NCBI GenBank assembly: GCA_025057935.1
Contig: JANWUW010000088.1
Coordinates: 19,425-83,424 of the forward strand
Source: Thermoflexales bacterium
Lineage (GTDB): Bacteria > Chloroflexota > Anaerolineae > J036 > Brachytrichaceae
Reading direction: 5' to 3'
Length of the DNA: 64,000 bases
Shown piece after piece: positions 24,570 to 32,570 of this stretch. Position numbers and translations under genes: made by a program. The notes under the pieces were generated by a model. The model was not told the origin of the DNA and searched no databases. It saw only the letters and a list, made by a program, of their open reading frames with translations. Numbering within the stretch: position 1 is the first letter of the stretch; the number at the start of each line of letters is the position of its first letter.

Positions 24570-25757
24570 CTAATCTGCGTAGCCGAAGCGCCACGGCTGG
24601 TTGTCCATAGGTAGATCGCGCAGGCGCAGTCGGCGCAGCGCTTGAAAGCGCGGTAGCATCTCCTCGAGAGAGTCGCCACCGAGTTTCTCGAGCAGCGCAT
24701 CGGCGAGCACGAAGCACACCATCGCCTCGAGGATGGGCACGGCGCGCGGCACTTGGCAGAAGTCGCTGCGCTCGTATTGTGTCTTCACTGCCTGCCCAGT
24801 CGCCAAGTCCACGGAGTCCAAAGGGTTCAGCGTGGTGGCGATCGGCTTGAGCGCAGCGCGCAGCACGATCGGCGCGCCGTTGGTGATGCCGCCTTCGATG
24901 CCGCCGGCGTGGTTGGTGCGTTGGCGGATCACATCGCCGTCGAGGTAGAGCGCGTCCTGCGCCTGGGTGCCGAAGACGCGCGCCTCCGCAAACCCATCGC
25001 CGATCTCGACCCCTTTCACAGCGTGCACGCTCATCGCAGCCTGGGCTAGGCGCGCGCTCAGCCGCCGATCCCAATGCACGTGGCTGCCCAGCCCCGGCGG
25101 GACGTTGAGCGCAGCAACTTCGATTACGCCGCCCAGCGTGTCGCGAGCTTCCATGGCTGCGCGGATGTGGGCGCGCATTTGTTCCGCTGTCTCGGGGTCG
25201 TAGCAGCGCATATCGCTTGCCTCGGCTTGGGCGAAGCGCTGGCGATACACTTCTGGATCGGGCGAGCTGGTGTGGTTTGGCACGCTCACTGCGCCGATGC
25301 TCACCACATAGCCGACGACCTCAATGCCAAAAGCGCGCAGCAGCGCGCGGCATGCTGCCCCAACCGCCACGCGCATGGTCGTCTCGCGCGCCGAGGCGCG
25401 CTCTAACGCTAGGCGCAGCTCGCGGTAGCCATACTTCACCGCGCCAGTGAGGTCAGCATGTCCAGGGCGTGGGATGGTCATGGGCGGGATGTCGCGTTCT
25501 TTCCACTTGGCGTAGTCGAGGTTTTCGACGACGAAAGCGATGGGCGCGCCGGTGGTGCGCCCGTTCATCACGCCGGCGGTGATGCGCACGCGATCGCGCT
25601 CGATCTTCATGCGCGCGCCGCTGCCGAAGCCGCGCTGCCGGCGCGCTAGGTCGTGATCAATCTCGCTCGGGGTGAGCGGCACGCCGGCTGGCATGCCCTC
25701 GAGAATCGCAGTGAGCGAAGGCCCGTGTGATTCGCCAGCCGTGAGGAAGCGCAGCAT
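24570..25757 (-). CDS. aroC: chorismate synthase
   Basis: Trimmed to MLRFLTAGESHGP (ATG 25757). Signatures GESHG, RPGHAD, GGISNG-like GGIEGGITNG. Confidence 0.9.
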   Translation of the reverse strand: MLRFLTAGESHGPSLTAILEGMPAGVPLTPSEIDHDLARRQRGFGSGARMKIERDRVRITAGVMNGRTTGAPIAFVVENLDYAKWKERDIPPMTIPRPGHADLTGAVKYGYRELRLALERASARETTMRVAVGAACRALLRAFGIEVVGYVVSIGAVSVPNHTSSPDPEVYRQRFAQAEASDMRCYDPETAEQMRAHIRAAMEARDTLGGVIEVAALNVPPGLGSHVHWDRRLSARLAQAAMSVHAVKGVEIGDGFAEARVFGTQAQDALYLDGDVIRQRTNHAGGIEGGITNGAPIVLRAALKPIATTLNPLDSVDLATGQAVKTQYERSDFCQVPRAVPILEAMVCFVLADALLEKLGGDSLEEMLPRFQALRRLRLRDLPMDNQPWRFGYAD

Positions 25758-25896
25758 GATCGCCGATTGTAGTGGGGGCTTAACAGGGCTTGTGCCCTGA
25801 GCGGCTGCGCATCGCGGACGCGGTCGGCTCGCTTCGAGAGACTTCACTGCTTTGGCGCACCCCTAAGCGGGCGCTTACCCTGCTGGCGTGCGTGCA

Positions 25897-25923
25897 TACT
25901 TAGTGTTAAAATTAAACTAAGTA
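25897..25923. promoter_or_regulatory. inverted repeat TACTTAGT-N11-ACTAAGTA in AT-rich aroC/rel divergent region
   Basis: Perfect 8-bp arms with spacer gttaaaattaa. The local AT richness contrasts strongly with the genome. Confidence 0.35.
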
Positions 25924-25958
25924 GCCTATGGCGCTACACGTTTGGATCAGCGCACGTG

Positions 25959-28340
25959 ATGGAAGAGCAGGCAGGGCGTACCTCTGTTAAGAGCCTGCAG
26001 GAATTGTTGCACCTTGTGCAGCAACGCTGCAGCAAGGAAGAGGATATTGCGCTGATCACACGCGCCTATCAGCTCGCTGAAGCCGCTCACCGCAACCAAA
26101 CCCGCGCCTCGGGCGAGCCATACATCACACACCCCCTCGCCGTTGCCGGCATTCTTGCGGAATACGGTCTGGATGCGCCCGCCATTGCTGCAGCCCTGCT
26201 CCACGATGTCGTCGAGGACACGACCGTCACACTCCCTGAAATCCGCAACCAGTTTGGCGAAAAGGTCGCTGAGCTGGTGGATGCGTTGACCAAGATCAGC
26301 CGCGCGGAGATCGCCAACGTTAAAGCGCCGCTCGCCGCCTCCGAAACGGAGGAGACCGAAAGCGCGCCTTACCGCACGCAGCGCGAGGCGGAGTCGTTGC
26401 GCAAGATGCTGTTGGGGCTGGCGAACGACTTGCGCGTGGTGCTGATCAAGCTTGCCGATCGCCTGCACAACATGCGCACGCTGGACACTATGCCGCCCGA
26501 GAAGCAGCGGCGCATCGCGCGTGAGACGTTAGACCTCTACGCTCCGCTGGCAAATCGCCTCGGCTTATGGAAGTGGAAGCAGGAGTTGGAAGAGCTTGGC
26601 TTCCGCTACGCCTACCCTGAGCAGTATGCCTACCTCAAGCAAATGCTCGCTGAGGGCGAGGCTGAGCGCGAGGCGCGCATCCAACGCTACATCGCGCAAC
26701 TCCGCGCGGCGCTTGCCGAGGAGGGCATCACGAACGTCGAGATCACTGGGCGCGCCAAGCACATCTACAGCATTTGGCGCAAGATGCAGCGCAAGAACTT
26801 GTCCTTCGACAAGATCCGCGACACCCACGCCATTCGCGTCATTGTCGAGGACGACGCTGTTGCGCCGCCAGCGAACGGCAACGCTGAGGGCGGAGACAAG
26901 CCGCCAACGCAGCCCAAGTCACACCCGGCGGTGCACTTATGCTATGTAGTGCTGGGCATCGTGCATCGCCTATGGCGCCAAATTCCCGGCGAGTTCAACG
27001 ACTACATTAGCCATCCCAAGGACAACCATTACCAGAGCATACACACGGCGGTCATCGACGAAGAGGGGCGCACGCTCGAGGTGCAAATTCGCACGCGCAC
27101 CATGCACCTCACCGCCGAGCATGGCGTAGCTGCCCACTGGCTCTACAAGGACGACAGCCGCTTCATCAGCAAAGAGTACCGCGAGTACATCGAGCGGTTG
27201 CGCGAGTCGTTGCGCACGCTGGGCAATGAGACGGAGAGCGCAGTGGACTTCGTGGAGGCAGTGCGCACCGACCATCTGCGCGAGACGGTTTTCTGCTTCA
27301 CGCCGAAGGGCAAGTTGATCGAGTTGCCGCTGGGGTCGACGGTGATCGACTTCGCCTATCGCATCCACACTGAGATCGGCGACCACTGCCGCGGGGCGAA
27401 AGTCAATGGGCGGATGGTGCCGCTGAACTACAAGCTGCAGAACGGCGATGTGGTTGAGATCATCACTCACCCCAGCGCGACGCCGCGCCGCGAGTGGGTT
27501 CACGACACAGCCTACGTGTTCACCAGCGCCGCGCGCCACAAGATTCGCCAATGGTTCCGTCGCCAAGACCGCGAGCAGAACATCCGCGCGGGGCGCGAGA
27601 TTGTTGAGCGCGAGCTGAAGCGCCTCGGCGTGGCGCACTGGATGAAGCTCGAAGACGTGTATCGCCTTTACGTGCGCCCCGAGGAAGAAAGCGACGGTCG
27701 CACTTTGGAGAACTTCCTCGAGCGCGTTGGGCTTGGGCACATCACGCAAAACAGCATTGCCTCGCGCATCATGGAGGAAGAGCGCCGTCGCGAGCGCCAG
27801 CGCCGCGAGCAGCAAGCTCAGCAAGAGGGGCAAACCCTCGCTGTTGAAGAGCTGCGCGTGCAGTCTCCGAAGCACAGCGCCGAGCGCAAAGGGCGTTTCA
27901 TCGTCAAGGGTGTGCCCGATTCTGTCTGTCGTGTGGCGAAGTGTTGCAACCCGCAGCCCAACGATGATGTGGTCGGCTACGTCACGCGCGGGCAAGGCGT
28001 CACTGTGCACAAGCGCGCCTGTCGCAACGTCGCTAACCTTGAGCCGGAGCGTCTTGTGGAAGTGGTCTTCGCCAGCGAGGAGGACGTGCGCAGCGCGTGC
28101 GCGGTTTCCGTGCGCGTGGTCGCGGCGGATCGCCCTGGCTTGGTTGCCGACATCGCAAGCGTGATCGCCAGCCACAAAGGCAACATCACCAATATCCACA
28201 CCCCGCAGCGCAACGCAAAGCGCGGCGACGTGCACGTCGAAGTGCGCGTTGAGCTGCCCCATCCCAAGTTCATCACCGACTTGCTCAACGCCTTGCGGCG
28301 CGTGCACAACGTGTTCGAGGTTGTGCGCCTTGCGACGTGA
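25959..28340 (+). CDS. rel: bifunctional (p)ppGpp synthetase/hydrolase (RelA/SpoT homolog)
   Basis: HD domain (HRNQTRASGEPYITHPLAVA..HDVVEDT), synthetase (GRAKHIYSIWRKM, YQSIHTAV), TGS and ACT regions. Confidence 0.92.
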   Translation: MEEQAGRTSVKSLQELLHLVQQRCSKEEDIALITRAYQLAEAAHRNQTRASGEPYITHPLAVAGILAEYGLDAPAIAAALLHDVVEDTTVTLPEIRNQFGEKVAELVDALTKISRAEIANVKAPLAASETEETESAPYRTQREAESLRKMLLGLANDLRVVLIKLADRLHNMRTLDTMPPEKQRRIARETLDLYAPLANRLGLWKWKQELEELGFRYAYPEQYAYLKQMLAEGEAEREARIQRYIAQLRAALAEEGITNVEITGRAKHIYSIWRKMQRKNLSFDKIRDTHAIRVIVEDDAVAPPANGNAEGGDKPPTQPKSHPAVHLCYVVLGIVHRLWRQIPGEFNDYISHPKDNHYQSIHTAVIDEEGRTLEVQIRTRTMHLTAEHGVAAHWLYKDDSRFISKEYREYIERLRESLRTLGNETESAVDFVEAVRTDHLRETVFCFTPKGKLIELPLGSTVIDFAYRIHTEIGDHCRGAKVNGRMVPLNYKLQNGDVVEIITHPSATPRREWVHDTAYVFTSAARHKIRQWFRRQDREQNIRAGREIVERELKRLGVAHWMKLEDVYRLYVRPEEESDGRTLENFLERVGLGHITQNSIASRIMEEERRRERQRREQQAQQEGQTLAVEELRVQSPKHSAERKGRFIVKGVPDSVCRVAKCCNPQPNDDVVGYVTRGQGVTVHKRACRNVANLEPERLVEVVFASEEDVRSACAVSVRVVAADRPGLVADIASVIASHKGNITNIHTPQRNAKRGDVHVEVRVELPHPKFITDLLNALRRVHNVFEVVRLAT

Positions 28341-28358
28341 AGCGGCGATAATCACTGC

Positions 28359-30161
28359 ATGGCAAAAGCACTGCCCAAGCGCAGCGATGTGCCGCGCGCG
28401 TTCACGTGGGACCTCGAGAGCCTTTACGCCACACCTGACGATTGGGAGCGCGCGTTTCAGCATCTAGAAGCGCAGCTCTCGTCGTTCGAGCAGTACGCCG
28501 GGCGGTTGACTGAATCCCCTCACACGCTGTTGGCATACCTGCAGCACTACGAAGCGCTGGCGCCAGAGTATGACAAGCTCTACAACTACGCCGAGCGCGC
28601 TTTTGATGTGGACACCACTAACCAAGAAGCCAGCGCGCGCGTCAGTCGTGCGCGCAGCATACATGCGCGCTTTGCTGCCGCCAACGCTTTCGTGCGTCCT
28701 GAGCTGCTGACGCTCGAGTCGGAGCGCTTTCGCGCGTTCGTTGAGCAAGTCTCAGAGCTTGCGCGCTATCAGCGCTTCTACGACGAAATACAACGCAGCA
28801 AGCCGCATGTCCGCTCCGCCGAGGTGGAAGCAGTGATGGCGCAAGCGGGCGAGGTGTTCGCTGCGCCTTACGGCATTTACACTGTGCTCGCGAACGCCGA
28901 TTTGAAGTTTGCCAAGGCGCGCACGCGCAGCGGTCGGCGTGTGCCTGTGGCACAGGGCAACATCGAAGCTTTGCTTAGCAGCCCCGATCGCGCCTTGCGC
29001 AAGAGCGCGTGGGAGCGCTACGCCGACGCCTACCTTGCCCACGCCAACACCTTCGCCGAGATCATGGCAGCCAAGGTGAAGGCGAGCGTGTTGCGCGCGC
29101 GCGTGCACCGCTTTAACAGTGTGCTCGAGGCGGCGCTGCATCCGAGCAACATTCCCACGGCGGTGTACCACAACGTGATTGACGCCTGCAACCGCCATAT
29201 CGGGTTGTGGCATCGCTACTGGGACGCGCGCCGGCGGGCGCTCAATTTGGACAAGATGGAGGTGTGCGACATCTTTGCGCCGCTTGCGAAGCCGCCGCGT
29301 GTGCCATACGCGCAAGCCGTGCAGTGGATCGTCGAAGGGCTGCGCCCGCTTGGCGCGGATTACGTCGAGACAGTGCGCGCCGGGCTGACCAGCGAGCGAT
29401 GGGTGGACGTGTACCCCAATCTCGGCAAGCGCGACGGCGCCTACTCCTCCGGTGCATACGGCACAAAGCCGTTCATCTTCATGAACTACGACGACCACGG
29501 CTTGAGCGGCTTGAGCACGCTCGCGCACGAGATTGGTCACTCGATGCACACGCTGCTAAGCTGGCAAAACCAGCCCTACCTCTATGCCGAGTACACCATC
29601 TTCGCGGCGGAGGTAGCTTCCAACTGCAATCAAGCCTTAGTGCGCGCGCATCTGCTCTCGCTTCAGCGTGGGCGCGAGTTCGAGATCGCCGTAGTGCAGG
29701 AAGCAATAGACAACTTCCACCGCTACCTTTTCCTCATGCCGATCTTGGCGCAGTTTGAGCACTGGATGCACACCACCGTCGAGCAAGGCGGGGCGCTTAC
29801 GGCTGACGCCATGAGCGAGAAAATGGTGGAGCTGTTCCGACGCGGTTACGGCGACGCCGTGAGGCTCGATGAGCCGCGCGTGGGTGTAACGTGGATGCAG
29901 TTCGTGCACTTCTTCACCGACTACTACGTGTGGCAATACGCATCGGGCATCAGCGCAGCGAACGCGATTGCCGACATGATCCTCAGCGGAACGCCTGAGG
30001 CAGCTGAGCGCTACCTCACCTTCCTGAAGTCCGGCGGCGCGCTCGACCCGCTAGATGCGTTGCGCCTTGCTGGAGTGGACATGACGCAGCCCGAGCCGCT
30101 GGAGCGCGCTTTCGGTGTGCTTGAGCGCTTCATTGCTCGTTTCGAGCAGCTCACCGCGTAG
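28359..30161 (+). CDS. pepF: oligoendopeptidase F (M3B)
   Basis: HEIGHSMH zinc motif, 600 aa, typical PepF N-terminus (WDLESLY). Confidence 0.85.
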   Translation: MAKALPKRSDVPRAFTWDLESLYATPDDWERAFQHLEAQLSSFEQYAGRLTESPHTLLAYLQHYEALAPEYDKLYNYAERAFDVDTTNQEASARVSRARSIHARFAAANAFVRPELLTLESERFRAFVEQVSELARYQRFYDEIQRSKPHVRSAEVEAVMAQAGEVFAAPYGIYTVLANADLKFAKARTRSGRRVPVAQGNIEALLSSPDRALRKSAWERYADAYLAHANTFAEIMAAKVKASVLRARVHRFNSVLEAALHPSNIPTAVYHNVIDACNRHIGLWHRYWDARRRALNLDKMEVCDIFAPLAKPPRVPYAQAVQWIVEGLRPLGADYVETVRAGLTSERWVDVYPNLGKRDGAYSSGAYGTKPFIFMNYDDHGLSGLSTLAHEIGHSMHTLLSWQNQPYLYAEYTIFAAEVASNCNQALVRAHLLSLQRGREFEIAVVQEAIDNFHRYLFLMPILAQFEHWMHTTVEQGGALTADAMSEKMVELFRRGYGDAVRLDEPRVGVTWMQFVHFFTDYYVWQYASGISAANAIADMILSGTPEAAERYLTFLKSGGALDPLDALRLAGVDMTQPEPLERAFGVLERFIARFEQLTA

Positions 30162-31080
30162 CTTTGTTGGCGCTGGTGCGGTCTAGCCCTTGGTCTTCCC
30201 AGGCGCAAGCTTCGTCTAACGGTTCGAGGTGTGTGAACACGGTCGCGTTGGGCACTGCAGCGCGCAGGTCGGCTTCGATGCGCTCCAGCAGTGCGTGCCC
30301 CTCGCGCACGCTCCAGTGCCCCGGCACGAGCACGTGCACTGAGATGAAACAGCGGCGCGCAGCTTGACGTGTGCGCAGCGCGTGATACGAGATGCCTTGC
30401 TGTGCGTATCCGTCGAGCACACGGCGCACTGCGTTCAGTTTCTCTGGCGGCAGCGCAGCGTCGAGCAGACCATTCGCCGAGCGGTAGATCAGGCGCGCGC
30501 CAACCCAGGCGATGTGCGCGGCAACGCCGAGCGCGACAACGGGGTCAAGCCACAGCCAGCCCAACCACGCTGCCGCCCCAACGCCCACTAGCACCGCCAG
30601 CGAAGTCCAAACATCAGTGAGCAAGTGCTGTCCTTCTGCCTCGAGGGCGATGGCGTGAGCGCGCCGACCTACTTGAATGAGCACGATGCCTGCTCCTGCG
30701 TTGAGCAAGGTTGCTGCGCCAACCAGCCCCAGACCAAGGTCAATCTGCAGCATGGGCTGCGGCGCGAAGAAGCGCGGCACTGCTGCCGTCCCGATGCCAA
30801 CCGCAGCGACGAGGATCAGACCGCCCACCAGCGCGCTAGCGAAGTACTCCGCTTTGGTGTGACCATAGGCATGTTCCTCGTCAGGAGGGCGCGCTGCCCA
30901 ACTGAAGAACGTGAGCGTGATCAGCCCGCTCACGACGTTCACCAACGACTCCAGCGCGTCGGAGAGGAAACCCACCGAGCCAGTGATGCGCCAAGCTAGC
31001 GCCTTCAGCGCCACCGTCGCTAACGCGACAAGCGCTGGCAGATACGCCAGCCGTTGCAGCCAGGGCATGATGTGGGGCAA
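30151..31080 (-). CDS. cation diffusion facilitator family transporter
   Basis: Six TM spans, SDALESLVNV and HLLTDVWTS motifs, cytoplasmic C-terminal domain. Confidence 0.85.
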   Translation of the reverse strand: MPHIMPWLQRLAYLPALVALATVALKALAWRITGSVGFLSDALESLVNVVSGLITLTFFSWAARPPDEEHAYGHTKAEYFASALVGGLILVAAVGIGTAAVPRFFAPQPMLQIDLGLGLVGAATLLNAGAGIVLIQVGRRAHAIALEAEGQHLLTDVWTSLAVLVGVGAAAWLGWLWLDPVVALGVAAHIAWVGARLIYRSANGLLDAALPPEKLNAVRRVLDGYAQQGISYHALRTRQAARRCFISVHVLVPGHWSVREGHALLERIEADLRAAVPNATVFTHLEPLDEACAWEDQGLDRTSANKATR

Positions 31081-31143
31081 TCGTAAACCAGCACTGGCAT
31101 GCGCTGCGGGGAACTTTCAGAGAATCGGGCACGTCGTAAGAGC

Positions 31144-32436
31144 ATGATGCGAAGACACTCACTCCACCTCGTTGTTCAAATTGCAGCGATTGTCCTAATG
31201 ACAAGTTGCGCGCTGCCCCCGCCGACACTTCAACCTACACTATCGCCAAACACCTCCCCTCGCTCGGTTGAGTACGCGCCGCTGCCCACGCCTGCTGAGC
31301 CTGTGCGCCTGCAGCACAGTGAGGGGCATCTTGCGTTTGGGATAAACCTTCTCCGTCAACTTGCGGCGCAGAAGCCGAACGAGAACGTGTTCATCTCGCC
31401 GCCGAACATTGCGTTGGCGCTGGGGATGGCAGCCAACGGTGCCGGTGGCGAAACGCTCGCCGAGATGCTGCGCGTGCTCGGCGGCGAAGCCGCCACGCTC
31501 GATCAGCTCAACGCCGACTACCTCGCGCTGAGGTCGCTGCTCTCCCGCGACCAAGCCGGGCTTTTGCTTGACTCAGCAGCTTCGGTCTGGCTGCGCCGAG
31601 GGTTCACGCCGAAGTCCAGCTACCTTGAGCGCGTGCAGCAAGTGTTCGGCGCGCGCGCTGAGGCCTTGGACTTTAACGACCCTGCTGCCCTCGGGGCGAT
31701 CAACCGCTGGGTGAGCGAGCGCACACGCGGGCGCATTCCGCAAGTTGTGGACCAGGTGCCTGCGGAAGTGGTCATGCTGCTCGTGGCTGCGATTTACTTC
31801 AAGGGCGATTGGCAAACGCCGTTTGACGAGAAAGCGACACAAGATCAGCCCTTCACGCTCGCAAGCGGTGCTCAAGTGCAAGTGCCGCTCATGTTCCAAA
31901 GCGGCAAATTCGCGCATGTGCGGGGCGAAGGTTTTCAGGCGGTGCGCTTGCCCTACGTGGGCGGCGACATGTGGATGACTGTGCTTGTGCCCGACGAGGG
32001 GCGCGCGCTCAGCGAGCTGATCAACGCGCTAGACGCTGCGCAGTGGCAGAGCTGGTCGCAGCAATTCGTGCGGCGCGAAGGCGACGTGTTTTTGCCGCGC
32101 TTCCGCCTACGCTATCGAGCGGGCCTGAACGAGGCGCTCGTTGCGCTCGGCATCGAACGCGCTTTTGCGCCCGAGCGCGCCGACTTCCGCAACATGGCGG
32201 ATGAGCCGTTGTTCATTAACGCCGTGCGGCATGAGGCGTTCCTTGAAGTCAACGAACAAGGCAGCGAAGCGGCGGCCGCGACGACCGTTGAGATGGGCAT
32301 CACGGCGTTCATGCCCGAAACAGAGCGCTTTGTGCTGCGCGCGGATCGCCCCTTCCTCGTTGTAATTGAGGACAGGCGCGTGAATGTGCCGTTGTTCCTT
32401 GGCGCTGTTTTCGATCCGACGCGAGAGTCGATCTGA
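31144..32436 (+). CDS. serpin, probable lipoprotein/secreted
   Basis: Signal/lipobox-like VLMTSC. Serpin body (FISPPNIALALGMAANGA, NRWVSERT, IYFKGDWQ), inhibitory-type hinge EQGSEAAAATT, C-terminal RADRPFLVVIED. Confidence 0.85.
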   Translation: MMRRHSLHLVVQIAAIVLMTSCALPPPTLQPTLSPNTSPRSVEYAPLPTPAEPVRLQHSEGHLAFGINLLRQLAAQKPNENVFISPPNIALALGMAANGAGGETLAEMLRVLGGEAATLDQLNADYLALRSLLSRDQAGLLLDSAASVWLRRGFTPKSSYLERVQQVFGARAEALDFNDPAALGAINRWVSERTRGRIPQVVDQVPAEVVMLLVAAIYFKGDWQTPFDEKATQDQPFTLASGAQVQVPLMFQSGKFAHVRGEGFQAVRLPYVGGDMWMTVLVPDEGRALSELINALDAAQWQSWSQQFVRREGDVFLPRFRLRYRAGLNEALVALGIERAFAPERADFRNMADEPLFINAVRHEAFLEVNEQGSEAAAATTVEMGITAFMPETERFVLRADRPFLVVIEDRRVNVPLFLGAVFDPTRESI

Positions 32437-32480
32437 AGCTCAGACCTGTGTTAGGACAAAGCCAAGAACGGAAGGCGGTC

Positions 32481-32505
32481 AGGGCGCGGTTCAAACCCGT
32501 GCCCT
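32481..32505. terminator. hairpin between convergent serpin and CHAT-STAND genes
   Basis: AGGGCGCGG-TTCAAAC-CCGTGCCCT (9 bp including one G-T). No clear U tract on either strand. Confidence 0.3.
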
Positions 32506-32570
32506 CTTCGCGCCTACGCTTTGCAGTGCAAGCGCTGAATCCTTCGTGAGCGAGGCACTGGCGCTGCTCC

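Noticed and set aside
24520-25074. Arg/Pro/Ala-rich alternative-frame ORFs such as 24520-25074(-), 22830-23501(-), 35685-36203(+) and 55648-56355(+).
   Set aside because: Their composition is characteristic of off-frame translation of GC-rich coding DNA. All of them overlap better-supported genes.
32481-32505. The hairpin with a TTCAAAC loop as the 3' fragment of a tRNA, which would mark an integration site next to the CHAT-STAND gene.
   Set aside because: No matching acceptor 5' strand, anticodon arm or direct repeat was found nearby. The simpler reading is an intergenic hairpin between convergent genes.
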